Virus record (IMG/VR): IMGVR_UViG_3300045988_082835
Direction: 5' to 3' (one strand)
DNA length: 64,000 nt
From: a virus
The translations under genes were made by a program, and so were the position numbers. This document shows, piece by piece, positions 9,745-22,555 of this stretch. Numbering within the stretch: position 1 is the stretch's first letter; each line of letters begins with the position of its first letter. A model generated the notes under the pieces. The model ran no database searches. It was given only the letters and a program-made list of their open reading frames with translations, and had not been told where the DNA came from.

Positions 9745-11481
9745 TTGGAGTATTCATTAATAAATCCAAGAAATTAGAATTATAGTGCTTTAGAGCAAGT
9801 ATTAGTTAATAGGGGTATTTAGTATAATGATATATAGCATTATTTAACAGTATCAGAAAAAGATAATTTATCCCCCTTACTTCTCAATAACATTGAGGAC
9901 GCTGCTAAATTAATTATTAAACATATTTTAAAAGACGATTCTTACATCTATATCTAGGTAGATAGCGACTGCGATGGATATACTTCTTCTGCATTGTTAT
10001 TAAACTACCTTCATGCACAATTTCCTTCGGCCATTAACAAGTTTATTTATAACTTTCATTCTGGCAAGATTCATGGAATAAAACCAGAGTTAATCCCCGA
10101 AAATGTTTCACTTGTTATTGCGCCAGATTCTAGCTCCAATGATTATCAAGAGCATGAAGAACTAGCTAATCGCGGAATTGACGTACTGGTCATAGACCAT
10201 CACTTAGCAGATAAAGTATCCGAATATGCCTGCGTTGTTAATAATCAGCTTTGCGATTATCCAACAAAATCATTATCTGGTGTAGGAGTAGTTTATAAGC
10301 TATGCCAATATATGGATAGTATTTGCGGAACCGCATATGCGGACGATTATCTTGATATTGTAGCAACTGGTCTTGTTGGAGACATGATGGATATTCGAGA
10401 TTTTGAAACTCATTATCTTATCCAGTAGGGGCTATAGAGATCGAGTCTCCGCAATCCATTTATTAAAGGTATGGCTGATAAAAATGTTTATTAGTTAGGG
10501 AAAGGAGATTTAACTCCTATAGGAGTAGCGTTCTATATTGTTCCTCTTGTTAATGCTATTACTCGTGTGGGTACTCAAGACGAAAAGTAGATTCTATTTG
10601 AAAGTATGCTTGAATGGAAAGCATATGATCTTATTCCTTCTACTAAACGAGGATGTAAGGGACAAGAAGAAACAAGATTAGAACAAGCACTAAGAGTTTG
10701 TACTAATGTTAAAAATCGTTAGACTAGAACTAGAGATGCAGAAGTTGAATGTATAGAGAATATAATCTAGGAAAATAATCTTCTGGAGCATAAAGTTCTG
10801 GCAATTAAATTAGATAATATGTCTATTGATAGAGGTATTACTGGGTTAATTGCTAACGAGTTAATGAGTAAATATAAACGACCTGTAGTTCTTCTTTCTA
10901 AAACAGAGCATGAAGGATTGGAGGCTTGGGAAGGGTCTGCTAGAGGATATGAAAAATCTAAAATGAAAGACTTTAGATAGTTTGTTAAAGAATCAAACTT
11001 AGTATTCCTCGCCGAAGGACACGCCAATGCTTTCGGTTTTGGTATTTATGATAAAGATTTTGAAAGTTTTATTTCATGGTCAGATAAATAGCTAAAAGAT
11101 ATAGAATTTTCTCCAAGTTACAAGGTAGATTTTATTTACTCTATGTCAGATATTAATTCTAAGGATATTCTCGATTTAGGCGATGCAAAATATCTTTGGG
11201 GTCAAAATATCGACGAGCCGCTTATCGCGGTGGAAAATGTTGCAGTAACAAATGATATGATTGGTCTCATGTCACGAGACAAGAATCCTACTTTGAAGAT
11301 TCAATTACCAAATGGAGTTACTTGCATCAAGTTTAAATCAAGCGAAGAGGAGCTAGATAATTTATCTAGCGAATTAGGTTGCGTGAGTATAAATTTGATT
11401 GGTAAACCAGAAGTAAATAGATACTTCGGTAGTGTGACACCACAAATTATTATTACAGATTATGAAATTATAAGTAGATAG
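9745..11481 (+). CDS. recJ: RecJ-like DHH/DHHA1 ssDNA exonuclease (TTG start, about 9 in-frame TAG)
   Basis: One frame joins ORFs 9994 and 11143. Motifs DSDCDGYTS, VLVIDHH and GHANAFGF (DHHA1) are present. Confidence 0.7.
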
Positions 11482-11499
11482 AAGTATTACTTTTAATGA

Positions 11500-12303
11500 T
11501 TGCGCAACCTCTTACTAAAGGAGGAAACAATCACAATGAGACGTTTTATGAGTATTATACTAAGTTTAATCATTTTATTATCTATAATGTGTAGTTGCAA
11601 TAGTCCTTTCATTTCTATTGCATCAGCATATTCAGTACCGTATAACAGCAGTATTAGTTATACCTATAATGATTTAGATACATTGGTTGAGCTTATTGCG
11701 GAACAAATCTCTAATATGAACGCCGCACATCAAATGGCCGATGCTGCTAGACAGTTAGGCTATTCTGAAAATCATGATGTTATCGAACTAGCCGTGAATG
11801 AATATGATAAGGCGAATGAGCTAAGACAATCTTATCAAGATGTATATGATAACCTCATGGAACATTGGCATCAAAAGGAAGAAGAGTACCCAGTGGCAAC
11901 ATATATTTGGAGCTATTTCAAAGACTTAGGTTATAACGATCAAGTTTGTGCGGGCATACTTGGTAATATAATGGCTGAAGTTGGTGGTAATACATTGAAC
12001 ATTCAATATGAATTAAGCAATTCTTCATATTATGGAATGTGTCAGTGGAATAAAGCGTATTCTGAGGTTTGGGGAGCCTCATTAGAAGAGCAATGCAATT
12101 ATTTGGAAAATACTATTGAATATGAATTTAATACATTCGGTCACGCCTATAAGAAAGGGTTTGACTATAATGATTTTCTAAATATGACAAGTATAACTGA
12201 TACCGCTTTGGCATTTGCGAAATGCTATGAGAGGTGTGGATCTGGAAGTTATACGACAAGACAAAATAATGCAATTATCGCGTATAATTATTTTGTAAGC
12301 TAA
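11500..12303 (+). CDS. secreted or lipoprotein peptidoglycan hydrolase, Phage_lysozyme2-like
   Basis: Signal peptide with lipobox-like LSIMCSC. CAGILGNIMAEVGGN...GMCQW resembles the tail-tip lysozyme family. Confidence 0.5.
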   Translation: MRNLLLKEETITMRRFMSIILSLIILLSIMCSCNSPFISIASAYSVPYNSSISYTYNDLDTLVELIAEQISNMNAAHQMADAARQLGYSENHDVIELAVNEYDKANELRQSYQDVYDNLMEHWHQKEEEYPVATYIWSYFKDLGYNDQVCAGILGNIMAEVGGNTLNIQYELSNSSYYGMCQWNKAYSEVWGASLEEQCNYLENTIEYEFNTFGHAYKKGFDYNDFLNMTSITDTALAFAKCYERCGSGSYTTRQNNAIIAYNYFVS

Positions 12304-12312
12304 AATAAATAT

Positions 12313-12348
12313 CTGCGGGCTGGCCGGAACCTAGACGACCGCCCGCAG
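12313..12348 (+). terminator. stable GC hairpin; putative terminator or regulatory stem-loop
   Basis: ctgcgggc...gcccgcag 8-bp GC stem; only a weak T-tract follows. Confidence 0.4.
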
Positions 12349-12485
12349 GAAACTAAAATGGTTTTAACTATTTTTCGAGGTAAAATCGTCGGTTACGCGG
12401 TTTTATAAAATTTTTGGACAAATCCTACGAATTATACTATAATAATATTCAGATAAGATATAAGAAAATAGGAGGAATTATTATT

Positions 12486-13013
12486 ATGGTAAATAAATGT
12501 GTTGTATGTGGGAAGGATTTTGAGGCCATAAAATCCACAAAGAAATATTGCAGTAATGATTGCATGAATGCTGCCAGAAGAGCTAGATATGGAGAACGAC
12601 AAATTTAGATGGTTACTAATTCAATGGATTTACATAATAAAAGCTGTCTTATTTGTGGGAAAGATTTTACGCCTAAAACCCCCGCCGCGAATAATCGTCA
12701 ATGCTGTTATAATTGTATGCCAGATGGAGTTCAACTAACTAGAGGAATGTTTCTAGCTAAAATAAAAGAGCACCTAGGTGGAAGATGTATAAAATGTGGA
12801 TACGATAAATGTTTAAAAGCTCTAGAATTTCATCATTTAGATCCCTCTAAAAAAGATTTTACTATTAGTAACGATCATTTTAAGTTAAAAGAAGCGGTTG
12901 AAGAAGTAAAAAAATGTATTTTAATATGTTCTAATTGTCATAAAGAATTACATGATAATTTATGGACTATAGATGAACTAAATCTTGAAGAAAAGGAGGA
13001 AGTAGAACCATGA
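12486..13013 (+). CDS. HNH homing endonuclease (free-standing; one in-frame TAG at 12606)
   Basis: AGGAGG ribosome-binding site. Zinc ribbons followed by HHLDP...CSNCH, paralogous to the intron HNH. The TGA stop overlaps the ATG of the helicase gene. Confidence 0.7.
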
Positions 13014-14190
13014 CTCTAACTAACATGCAAGAGCAAGGTTTGAAAATCGCTGTAGCCCGATACAAAGCTCATGAGCCCTATACTTGTATCGCTGGCTACG
13101 CCTGACCGGAACAGGGAAAAGCACCTTAATTAAATTTATTGTGGCTGCTCTTAATATGTATGAGGAAGAGGTTGCTTATATCGCTTTTACTGGAAAGGCT
13201 TCAGAAGTACTGCGAGAAAAAGGGTGTCCTAATGCTCAAACCGCGCATAGATTACTTTATTATAGTAAACAAATGCCTAATGGTAAGTTTGTTTATAAAC
13301 CTCGGCCACATATTGAATATAGTCTTATTGTTGTAGACGAGGTATCTATGTTACCTATTGATATGTGGGAATTGTTACTTTCTCATGGAGTATATGTTAT
13401 TGCTTGCGGCGACCCGTTTCAGTTGCCGCCTGTAGACAAGACTAAAGAAAACCATATACTCGACAGTCCGCATATTTTCTTAGATGAGGTAATGAGACAA
13501 GCTAAAGAAAGTGATATTATTGTTACGAGTATGAATATCAGAGAAGGCAAATCAATCGTTCCAATGCGAGGAAATGATACTCAAATATTTAGAAAGCAAG
13601 AACTTGTAGCTGGAATGTACGGTTGGGCCGATGAAATTCTTGTTGCGACAAATAAGAATAGATTTGATATAAATTAGTTTATGAGACTTGATGCCGGAAG
13701 AAGCTCAGAACCAGAAAGAGACGATAAAGTTATTTGTCTAAGAAATACGTGGGATATTTGTTCTGTTAAAGATGAAAACCCTCTTATCAACGGCACAATA
13801 GGTTACTTAAAAGATTTCTCTCTAGTTACTATGCAGTACAAAACTCTTACTGAATCTTTTACGGCTCAAATACTTCTTTCTAGTATTGAGACAACCTCTG
13901 GAGACACCTATCTTGATGTTCCTATTGATTATAATTCGCTTTTAACAGGTAAGAAAACTTTTACTCCACAGCAAGAATATTATCTTAATAAAAGAAAGGA
14001 TAATCCACCTCTCCCAATAGAGTTTAACTATGGGTACGCAATCACTACTCATAGAGCCTAGGGTTCACAATGGGACAATGTATTGGTTATAGAGGAAAAT
14101 TTTCCTTTCGATAAAGAAGAGCATGCTAGATGGCTTTATACCGCCTGCACTAGAGCAGCAAAGAAACTAACATTGATTTTAAAGAAATAA
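13010..14190 (+). CDS. Dda/RecD-like SF1 helicase with an apparent -1 frameshift at about 13102 (two in-frame TAG)
   Basis: N-terminus MTLTNMQEQGLKIAVARYKAHEPYTCIAGYA in frame 2 hits TGA. LTGTGKSTLIKF..AFTGKAS..VVDEVSM..CGDPFQLPPV...YAITTHRAQGSQWDNV...TACTRAAKKL continues in frame 1. Confidence 0.6.
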
Positions 14191-14232
14191 TATAGTATAA
14201 TATATTATATAGTAATATAAGAGAGGTATAAT

Positions 14233-17200
14233 ATGAGCTATTTTAATAATCATAGTCATACAGAGTTCTCTAATTTAAGACTTTTGGATTGCATAAATAA
14301 ACCAGAAGAGCTGATTGATAAAGCTATTGAAGTTGGATTAACGGGAATAGCTATCACGGACCACGAATCTCTCTCCGCGCATATGAGAGTAAATAAATAT
14401 GCGAAAAAAATCAAAGAAACTAATCCCAGTTTTGTTATAGCTCTTGGTAATGAAATCTATCTTACAGATACTAGAGATTTAGGACAAAGATACTATCACT
14501 TTATCTTAATTGCTAAAGACGAAATTGGTTATAGGGGACTAAAGGAGTTATCTTCTATCGCCTGGATGAATGGTTATTATGATAGAAGAATGGAAAGAGT
14601 TCCTTTGCTTAAATCAGAATTAAAAGATGTAATGCAGAGATTTAAAGGGCATATTATTGGCACTACTGCTTGTATTGGCGGTGAATTAGGTCAATCCATT
14701 TTAAATCTAAATAATTGTGAAGAAATAAAAGATGAAGTAAACGCAAAGCGTTATCATCAACAGATTGTAGATTTTATTACTTTCTGTATAGATGTATTTG
14801 GTCAAGATGATTTTTATATTGAGTGCGCACCAGCGTCATATCCTGACCAGATTATTGCAAATAAAAGAATGTTAAAAATTGCAGAAGCGTTCTCTGTTAA
14901 TATGTGTATCGGCACAGATGCCCACTATCTAACAAAAGAAGATAGATATGTCCATAAAGCATATTTAAATTCTAAGGGCGGAGAAAGAGAAGTCGATAGC
15001 TTCTATGAATTTACTCGTCTTATGGACGAAACTGAAACTAGAGAATTACTTCGTTTGAGCTATGAAGATAATATTATTGATTGGATTTTTAATTGCTCAA
15101 ACGAGATTAAAGATAAAATAGAATTTTACTCTCTGGAAAAGCATCAGTCTATTCCAGAAGTAGAAGTAACTGATTACCCTCCTACTGCATGGTGGGGAAC
15201 TAACAATGATTATGCAGATGAAATGTCTAAGTATCCAATCCTAAAATCACTTTTCACTTCCGATAATATTCAAGAGCGTTATTGGATAAATGAATGCTGG
15301 AAAGCGCTAGAAGCAAAAGGTATTGATTGGATTGATAGACCAGAATATCCAGAAAGACTTGAAGAAGAAGCAAGAGTAAAGAGAGTGATTGGAGAGAAAT
15401 TACAAACTTGTATGTTCGCTTATCCAAATACATTAAAACACTATGTTGATTTGTTTTGGGATTGCGGAAGTACGGTAGGTGCGGGTCGAGGTTCGGCTTG
15501 TGCAGCTCTTAATCATTATCTTCTTGGAATTACTCAGCTGGATCCAATCGAATGGGATCTTCCTTTCTGGAGATATATCAATGACAAAAGAACAGAACTT
15601 GGAGATATTGATTTGGACTTGGCTCCATCTAAGATTCAAAAAATCTTTGCTGAAATCAGAAAAGAACGAGGAGAATTAGGGCTAGTCCAAGTATGTACCT
15701 TCGGAACTGAGGGAACTAAATCTGCCATATTGACAGCCTGTAGAGGTTATAGATCTGACGATTATCCAGAAGGTATTGATGTTGATATGGCTCAATATAT
15801 GAGTTCCCTAATTCCGCAGGAAAGAGGCTTCTTGTGGCCCATTGAGGACGTCGTTAATGGAAACCCAGAAAAGGGACGTAAAGCAGTTACTACATTTGTA
15901 AATACTGTAAATCAATATCCCGGTCTTCTAGATATTATTACTAGAATTCAAGGGCTTGTAAATAAACGTTCTAGTCATGCATCCGGCGTTATTTTGTTTG
16001 ATGAAAATATTTTCGACAGTGCCGCAGTTATGAGAACACCAAAGGGTGCATTAATTACTCAATGGGATTTGCATGACCAAGAGGCTGCTGGTTCTGTTAA
16101 GTATGACTTTCTCTTAACAGCAGTTCAAGATATTATTATCCAAGCTGTTGAATTACTACAAGAAGATGGAGTTATCGAAAAAGATTTAACTTTAAGAGAA
16201 GTATATAATAAATATCTTCATCCATCTGTCTTGCCTCAAGATGATAAAAAAATGTGGGATGCTTTAGCTAATGGTGATGTTCTTGGATGTTTCCAATTTG
16301 ACTCAAGCGTTGGTGCACAAGCCGCGAAGAAGATTAAACCTCAAAATCCGCATGAGATGGCTGACGCGAATGGATTGATGCGCCTAATGACTTCCGAAAA
16401 AGGTGCTGAAACTCCAATGGAGAAGTATGTTCGATTTAAGAATAATATTTCTCTTTGGTATCAAGAAATGGACAGAGAAGGATTAACAAAAGAAGAACAA
16501 AGGATTCTCGAACCGCATTTCTTACGTTCTTATGGTGTTCCTCCTAGCCAAGAACAAATGATGACCATGTTACAAGACGAGAATATCTGCGGATTTACTC
16601 TTGAAGAAGCGAATGCTGCAAGAAAAATTGTTGGTAAAAAGCAAATGAATAAAATCCCAGAACTTAAAGAAAAGGTCTTAAACTCTGCGAAATCTCCCGC
16701 GTTAGGACATTATGTCTGGACTTATGGCATCGGCCCGCAAATGGGTTATTCGTTCAGTATTATCCATGCTCTTGCTTATAGTTTTGTTGGTATGCAAACT
16801 CTGTATCTTGCTACTCATTTTAATCCGGTATATTGGAATACGGCGTATCTGATTGTAAATAGTGGTGCTATTGATGAAGAAGAAGGAGAACAATCAGATT
16901 ATACAAAGATTGCAAAAGCAATAGGAGAAATTCGTAATGCAGGAATTAAGGTTTCCCTTGTGGATATTAATAATTCTGACTTTGGATTTAAGCCAGATGT
17001 AAAAAATAACTAGATTCTTTTCGGATTAAAGGGTTTGTCAAATGTTAATAATGAACTGATAAAAACTATTGTAGATAATCGACCCTATGTATCTCTTGTT
17101 GATTTCTATAACAGAGTTCATCCTAATAAACAAGCAATGATTTCTTTAATTAAAGGTGGAGGATTCGACCAGTTTAGTTCACGTATGGAGGCTATGATTC

Positions 17201-18135
17201 AATATATATGGATTACCTGCGATAAGAAAAAGAGAATTACTTTACAAAACCTTCCTGGGTTAATGAGATATGATCTTATCCCCTATGAAGAAAAGTTTGT
17301 GATGCCGAAAAGAGTGTATGAATTTAATAGGTATCTAAAAGCAGAGTGTAAAGATCCTTACAATGTAGCAAAATATAAACTCGACGAAAGAGCAATCACC
17401 TTTCTCGTTGAAATTGATTGCGAGGATCTATTGGAAACAGATAATCTAGCATGGTATATTGACATAAAAGCCTGGGATAAAATTTATCAAAGTTACATGG
17501 ACGTATTTAGAAATTGGATCTCTGAAAATAAAGAAACGATTTTAGATAATTTAAACACCACCATCTTTATGGAAGATTGGAAAAAGTATGCTTCAGGGAA
17601 CATATCTTCTTGGGAAATGGAATCTCTATGTTTTTATTATCACGACCATGAGCTAGCGAATATTAACAATAGCAAATATGGATTTGTAGACTTCTTTAGC
17701 CTTCCAGAAGAACCTCAAGTAGATAAAGTATTTAAAAAAGGTGCTTCTTTAATTCCTATTTATAAACTGCATAAAATCTGCGGGACGTGCATTGCAAAAA
17801 ATAAGGTGAAGAGTACTGTATATCTTCTTACAACAACTGGAGTAGTAGCAGTTAAATTCAGACAAGAATACTTTGCTTTGTTTGATAAACAAACCTTCCA
17901 AAGAAACGCAGATGGAACAAAGAGAGTTGTAGAGAAGTCTTGGTTTAATAGAGGTAATATGATTGTTGTGCAAGGGATTAGACGAGGCGATGAATTTGTA
18001 ACAAAGAAATATGCAAGTTCTGGAGGCCATCAACTTTATCACATTGATGAAATTATCAATGGAACAGATCTAATCTTGAGAAGCGAAAGAAAACAAGGAG
18101 AAGATGAAGATGAAGATAGTAGCATTAATGGGTGA
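14233..18135 (+). CDS. dnaE: DNA polymerase III alpha subunit, DnaE-like (PHP domain N-terminus), read through a TAG at 17011-17013
   Basis: ORFs 14233-17013 and 17035-18135 are in the same frame, separated only by TAG. The PHP motif HSHTEF...ITDHESL is present; ends at TGA. Confidence 0.75.
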
Positions 18136-18655
18136 AGCAGGAGGCGGTAAGGATACTATTCTCCATAGAATTATGGAGAAGTATCCTTCCTATTTCAATG
18201 AAATTATTAGTTGTACGACTCGACCTCCTAGGCAGGGAGAGAAAGAAGGAGTTAATTATCACTTCTTATCCGTTGAAGATTTTATTAGAAAAATCTTAAA
18301 TGGAGATATGCTAGAGGCTACTGAATTTAATGGTTGGCACTATGGAACAGATAGTCAAAGTCTAACAATAGATAAGATAAATATAGGAGTATTTAATCCA
18401 GAAGGAGTTAGATGCTTACAGGAAGATGAAAACATTGAACTGTATGTATTTTATGTGCGGGCCGCGGGTAAGTAGCGTCTTTTAAGATAGCTGAATAGAG
18501 AAGAAAATCCTGATGTAGACGAAATAATTAGAAGATACAAAGCGGATACAGAAGATTTTAGTTTTCTTAATGATATAAAATATATAACTCTTTAGAACAA
18601 TACCTTAGATGATATTGATATAGCTGTTGATACTATATTTGGACAATTCTATTAA
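18104..18655 (+). CDS. gmk: guanylate kinase family nucleoside-monophosphate kinase (two in-frame TAG)
   Basis: GEAGGGKDT P-loop and CTTRPPRQGEKEGVNYHFLS motif. The frame continues past the TAG at 18473 to TAA 18653-18655. Confidence 0.6.
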
Positions 18656-18721
18656 ATAATTATATTAGAAATCACAATATATAGTGTTCAACAAAAAATA
18701 TATTACAAGGAGTTGTATTAT

Positions 18722-20902
18722 ATGTTACAAATAAAGAAAAGAAATGGTATAGTAGTTCCATTTGATAGAGAACGGATTATCAACGCTATCAATAAAGCCT
18801 TCATCGAAGTAGATGGAGAATTATATGAAGATGATACTGCAAATGATATTGCAGATGAAATTAAGTATGCAGTAAAAACTTCTGACGATGTGGTTTCTGT
18901 AGAAAAAATTCAAGACATGGTGGAAGATTTTCTTATGAAGTCTGAGCGGAGAGACGTTGCTAAAGCATACATTAGATATAGATATAAAAGAGAAATTGCC
19001 AGAAAAGGGCAAGACGATTTTATGAAAGCCTTTTCTGCCAAAGTGCAGGGTTCAGATATAGAGAATCAAAATGCTAATGTTGATGAAATGTCATTCGGCG
19101 GAAGAGTTGGTGCAGCTTCTGATTTGCAAATGAAGAAGTACGCTCTTGATTATCTTGTATCTAATAAATCACGCGCAAACCATGAGAATAATGAGATTTA
19201 TATTCATGACTTAAATGCTTATGCAGTAGGTATGCATAACTGTCTTTCTATTCCTTTTGATGATTTGCTTGCAAAAGGATTCAATACAAGACAAACTGAT
19301 GTACGACCAGCGGGTTCAGTAAATACAGCTTTTCAACTTGTTGCTGTAATCTTTCAGCTTCAAAGTTTACAGCAGTTTGGTGGCGTTTCTGCTACACATC
19401 TTGATTGGACTATGATTCCTTATGTAAGAAAAAGTTTCTATAAACATTATATGGATGGATTGACATATATCGAACAAGTCATTAGCATGGATGATAGATT
19501 AAATAATCAACTGTCTATTGAAGATCCTATCTATAAGGAATTTAAAGGCGCATATTCATATGCTATCGCTATGACAGAAAAGGAAGTTCATCAAGCGGTT
19601 GAGGGAATGTATCATAATCTAAATACTCTTCAATCTCGTTCCGGCAATCAACTTCCATTTACTTCTATTAACTATGGAACTTGTACTCTTCCAGAAGGAA
19701 GAATGGTTACTAAAGCTCTTCTGGAAGTCTCTATTGAAGGACTTGGTAGACTTCACAAGACTTCAATTTTCCCCTGTGGAATTTTCCAATGTATGAAAGG
19801 TGTAAATAGGAAGCCTGGAGATCCAAATTACGATTTATTTAGATTAGCATTAAAGTCTACTGCCACTAGATTATATCCTAATTATGCTAATGTAGATTGG
19901 TCTGGCAATGCCGGATATGATGTAAACGATCCAAGTACATATTTCTCTACAATGGGATGTAGAACTGCTAATGGATTCGATATTAACGGCTTAAAGCAAC
20001 AGAAAGACGGTAGAGGAAATATCTGTCCTGTTACTATTATAATGCCAACAATAGCAATGGAAGCTAATGGTGACGTAGAAACTTTTATGAAACTTTTAGA
20101 TATTAAGATCGAAGAAGCGAAAGATATGCTTCTTGAAAGATTTGAATATATCTGTGCGCAACCTGCGGATTCGGCAAAATTCATGTATGAAAATGGCTTA
20201 ATGGCTGGATATGATGGAATTTCTACTCGAAGTGCTTTACAACATGGCACATTGAGTCTTGGGCAGATTGGATTGGCAGAAACTTTACAAATTCTTATTG
20301 GATGTGATCATACTGAGCCAGAGGGCATGAAATTAGCAAAAAGAATAGAGCAGTTATTTAAAGATAGATGCGCAGAGTATAAAGAAAAATATAGACTTAA
20401 TTTCGGAGTATATTATACTCCAGCCGAGAATCTTTGCTATACCTCTCTTAAAAAATTCCGTGATAAGTATGGTATCATTCCTAATGTAAGCGATAGAGAG
20501 TTCTTTACTAATTCTATGCACGTACCAGTATGGCACCAACTCTCTCCATTTGATAAAATTGATATTGAAAGTCAATTAACTGGATATTCTTCTGCTGGTT
20601 GTATTACTTATGTTGAGTTAGATACTGGCATGGAAAAGAATATTGATGCTATGGAGACATTAGTAAATTATGCTATGGATAAAGATATTCCATACTTTGC
20701 AATAAATGTTCCATGTGACACCTGCCTAAATTGCGGATATACTGGCGAGTTTAATGATAAGTGCCCTCAGTGCGGTAGTAAAGAAATTCAACAGTTAAGA
20801 AGGGTAACAGGCTATCTAACTGGTAACTACAAGACCGCCTTTAATAAAGGAAAGCAGGATGAAGTAAACAATAGAGTTAAACATGTGGGGTATATGGAAT
20901 GA
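18722..20902 (+). CDS. nrdD: anaerobic ribonucleoside-triphosphate reductase NrdD (class III)
   Basis: ATP cone at the N-terminus, C-terminal CxxC...CPQCGS zinc site and glycyl-radical RRVTGYL motif. There is no in-frame TAG. Confidence 0.8.
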   Translation: MLQIKKRNGIVVPFDRERIINAINKAFIEVDGELYEDDTANDIADEIKYAVKTSDDVVSVEKIQDMVEDFLMKSERRDVAKAYIRYRYKREIARKGQDDFMKAFSAKVQGSDIENQNANVDEMSFGGRVGAASDLQMKKYALDYLVSNKSRANHENNEIYIHDLNAYAVGMHNCLSIPFDDLLAKGFNTRQTDVRPAGSVNTAFQLVAVIFQLQSLQQFGGVSATHLDWTMIPYVRKSFYKHYMDGLTYIEQVISMDDRLNNQLSIEDPIYKEFKGAYSYAIAMTEKEVHQAVEGMYHNLNTLQSRSGNQLPFTSINYGTCTLPEGRMVTKALLEVSIEGLGRLHKTSIFPCGIFQCMKGVNRKPGDPNYDLFRLALKSTATRLYPNYANVDWSGNAGYDVNDPSTYFSTMGCRTANGFDINGLKQQKDGRGNICPVTIIMPTIAMEANGDVETFMKLLDIKIEEAKDMLLERFEYICAQPADSAKFMYENGLMAGYDGISTRSALQHGTLSLGQIGLAETLQILIGCDHTEPEGMKLAKRIEQLFKDRCAEYKEKYRLNFGVYYTPAENLCYTSLKKFRDKYGIIPNVSDREFFTNSMHVPVWHQLSPFDKIDIESQLTGYSSAGCITYVELDTGMEKNIDAMETLVNYAMDKDIPYFAINVPCDTCLNCGYTGEFNDKCPQCGSKEIQQLRRVTGYLTGNYKTAFNKGKQDEVNNRVKHVGYME

Positions 20903-21372
20903 AGTATGCAGGTATTATAAAAAATGACTTTGCTGCTGCTCCCGGAGTATCCTTGAGTTTCTTTACTCAAGGATGCCCCCATAGATGTAAAGGGTGTCAT
21001 AATCAAGAGACTTGGGATTTTGATAGTGGCAGAGAATTTACTCATGAAACTCTTAATTCAATCTTAGAAGGGCTAACTGCTAATGGAATTAAGAGAACTT
21101 TATGTATAATGGGCGGCGAACCATTATGTCCAGAAAATACATTTTTAACCCATCTAGTAATACAAACCGCAAAGGAGACAATTCCTGATTTGAAGGTTTA
21201 TCTATGGACTGGATACTTGTATGAAGATTTAAGAAAAACAACAGATACAGTTATTTAGAATATACTTCAATTAACTGATGTGCTAATTGATGGGCCATAT
21301 ATTGAAAATGAAAGAGATATTACAGAGCCTCTAAGGGGTAGTCGTAATTAGAAGATAATCTACCTAAAATGA
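20899..21372 (+). CDS. nrdG: anaerobic RNR activating enzyme NrdG (radical SAM; two in-frame TAG)
   Basis: CPHRCKGC motif. Continues past the TAG at 21256 to ...LIDGPYIENERD..RGSRNQKII; ends at TGA. Confidence 0.75.
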
Positions 21373-21401
21373 TTTTCGTAAAAAGTATTTTTGGAGGAAT
21401 A

Positions 21402-21911
21402 ATGATAGCAATAGCAAGCTATATCTATTTGTCTGTTGGTGGTATAGTTGGAGCTATTATGTTTTCCATTGGTTTATTAACCATACTAAATATGTAGTTT
21501 AAGTTGTTTACTGGTTCAGTTGGTTATATCAAGAGCAAAAATGATATAAAAGACAATCTTATTATTTTATCAGGAAATATCATTGGAGCGTGCGGGATTT
21601 TAGCTTTTCCGCACGCAGCAGCTCTATCTTTGGTCTCTGCTAAGATTGCAGTTCCGCTATATCTAGTTTTCCTAAAAGGAATTGTTTGTGGTATATTTAT
21701 ATATTCGGCAGTATCTTCATTTAAGAGAAATAAAGATTATATGGTGCCAGTTTGTGTAACAGGCTTTATATTATTCGGTGGAGAACATTGCATTGCCGAT
21801 CTTTGTTATGCCTTGGCCGCTGGTGTGCTTTCTATTGATATAATATTATTTCTAATAGTAGTTACATTGGGTAATTCTATAGGAGCAATAATTGTTGACA
21901 GAATACAATAA
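21402..21911 (+). CDS. hypothetical polytopic membrane protein (about 169 aa, one TAG)
   Basis: GGAGG ribosome-binding site; about four hydrophobic helices. Confidence 0.4.
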
Positions 21912-21947
21912 TTATGATATTATATTAAAAGAAAAGGAGGGCTAGAT

Positions 21948-22292
21948 ATGACTTTATATGAGTTAAATCAAGCTGGATATGCTTCTCTTCCAAAAATGAC
22001 AAAAGCCGAGCTAGATACGGCTAAAGAAGATATTATCACATTTTTAAAATCTCACAACTCACAATATTACATGATGCTTAATCATGATAATAAATACTTC
22101 ACTTTATTTGTTTATGAAAATAATATAGACGTAGAAAAAATGGCACGTGAGATTATCTCAGTCTCCAAGTCTCTTGGAGAAATTAAATCAATAGAAGTAA
22201 ATGGAGATATTATAGAAATTTGGATTCTATATGAAGGCAAATGTGATATGTACGCATTTTTCGACTATGCAAAAGGGGTGATACAAGTATGA
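21948..22292 (+). CDS. hypothetical protein (114 aa)
   Basis: ORF track; AAGGAGG ribosome-binding site. Confidence 0.5.
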   Translation: MTLYELNQAGYASLPKMTKAELDTAKEDIITFLKSHNSQYYMMLNHDNKYFTLFVYENNIDVEKMAREIISVSKSLGEIKSIEVNGDIIEIWILYEGKCDMYAFFDYAKGVIQV

Positions 22293-22555
22293 CAAATAGC
22301 ATTATTGTTAATTATGATCCATTCGCGATGGAATCTACTGTATATATCCTAGAAGATGGATTGCAAAAACAAATGAAAGTATGCTCTGATATTAACGGCC
22401 TGGCGGAAACTCTGGTTGGACTTTCTTACGGAAACAATATATATAGCATACTAATTCATGCCCCTCTTGCAATTACAGGGGAAATAAAGAATTTTGTGCG
22501 AGATTTAGAAGCAAGTATGTATTCAAATAATAAAATTACAGTTGAGGGAATTTAA
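22289..22555 (+). CDS. hypothetical protein (88 aa)
   Basis: ORF track; start overlaps the upstream stop. Confidence 0.4.
   Translation: MTNSIIVNYDPFAMESTVYILEDGLQKQMKVCSDINGLAETLVGLSYGNNIYSILIHAPLAITGEIKNFVRDLEASMYSNNKITVEGI

Noticed and set aside
13009-13110. Treating 13084-13677 as an independent gene starting at TTG.
   Set aside because: The upstream 31 codons supply the canonical Dda N-terminus, and the Walker A is completed only when the two frames are joined.
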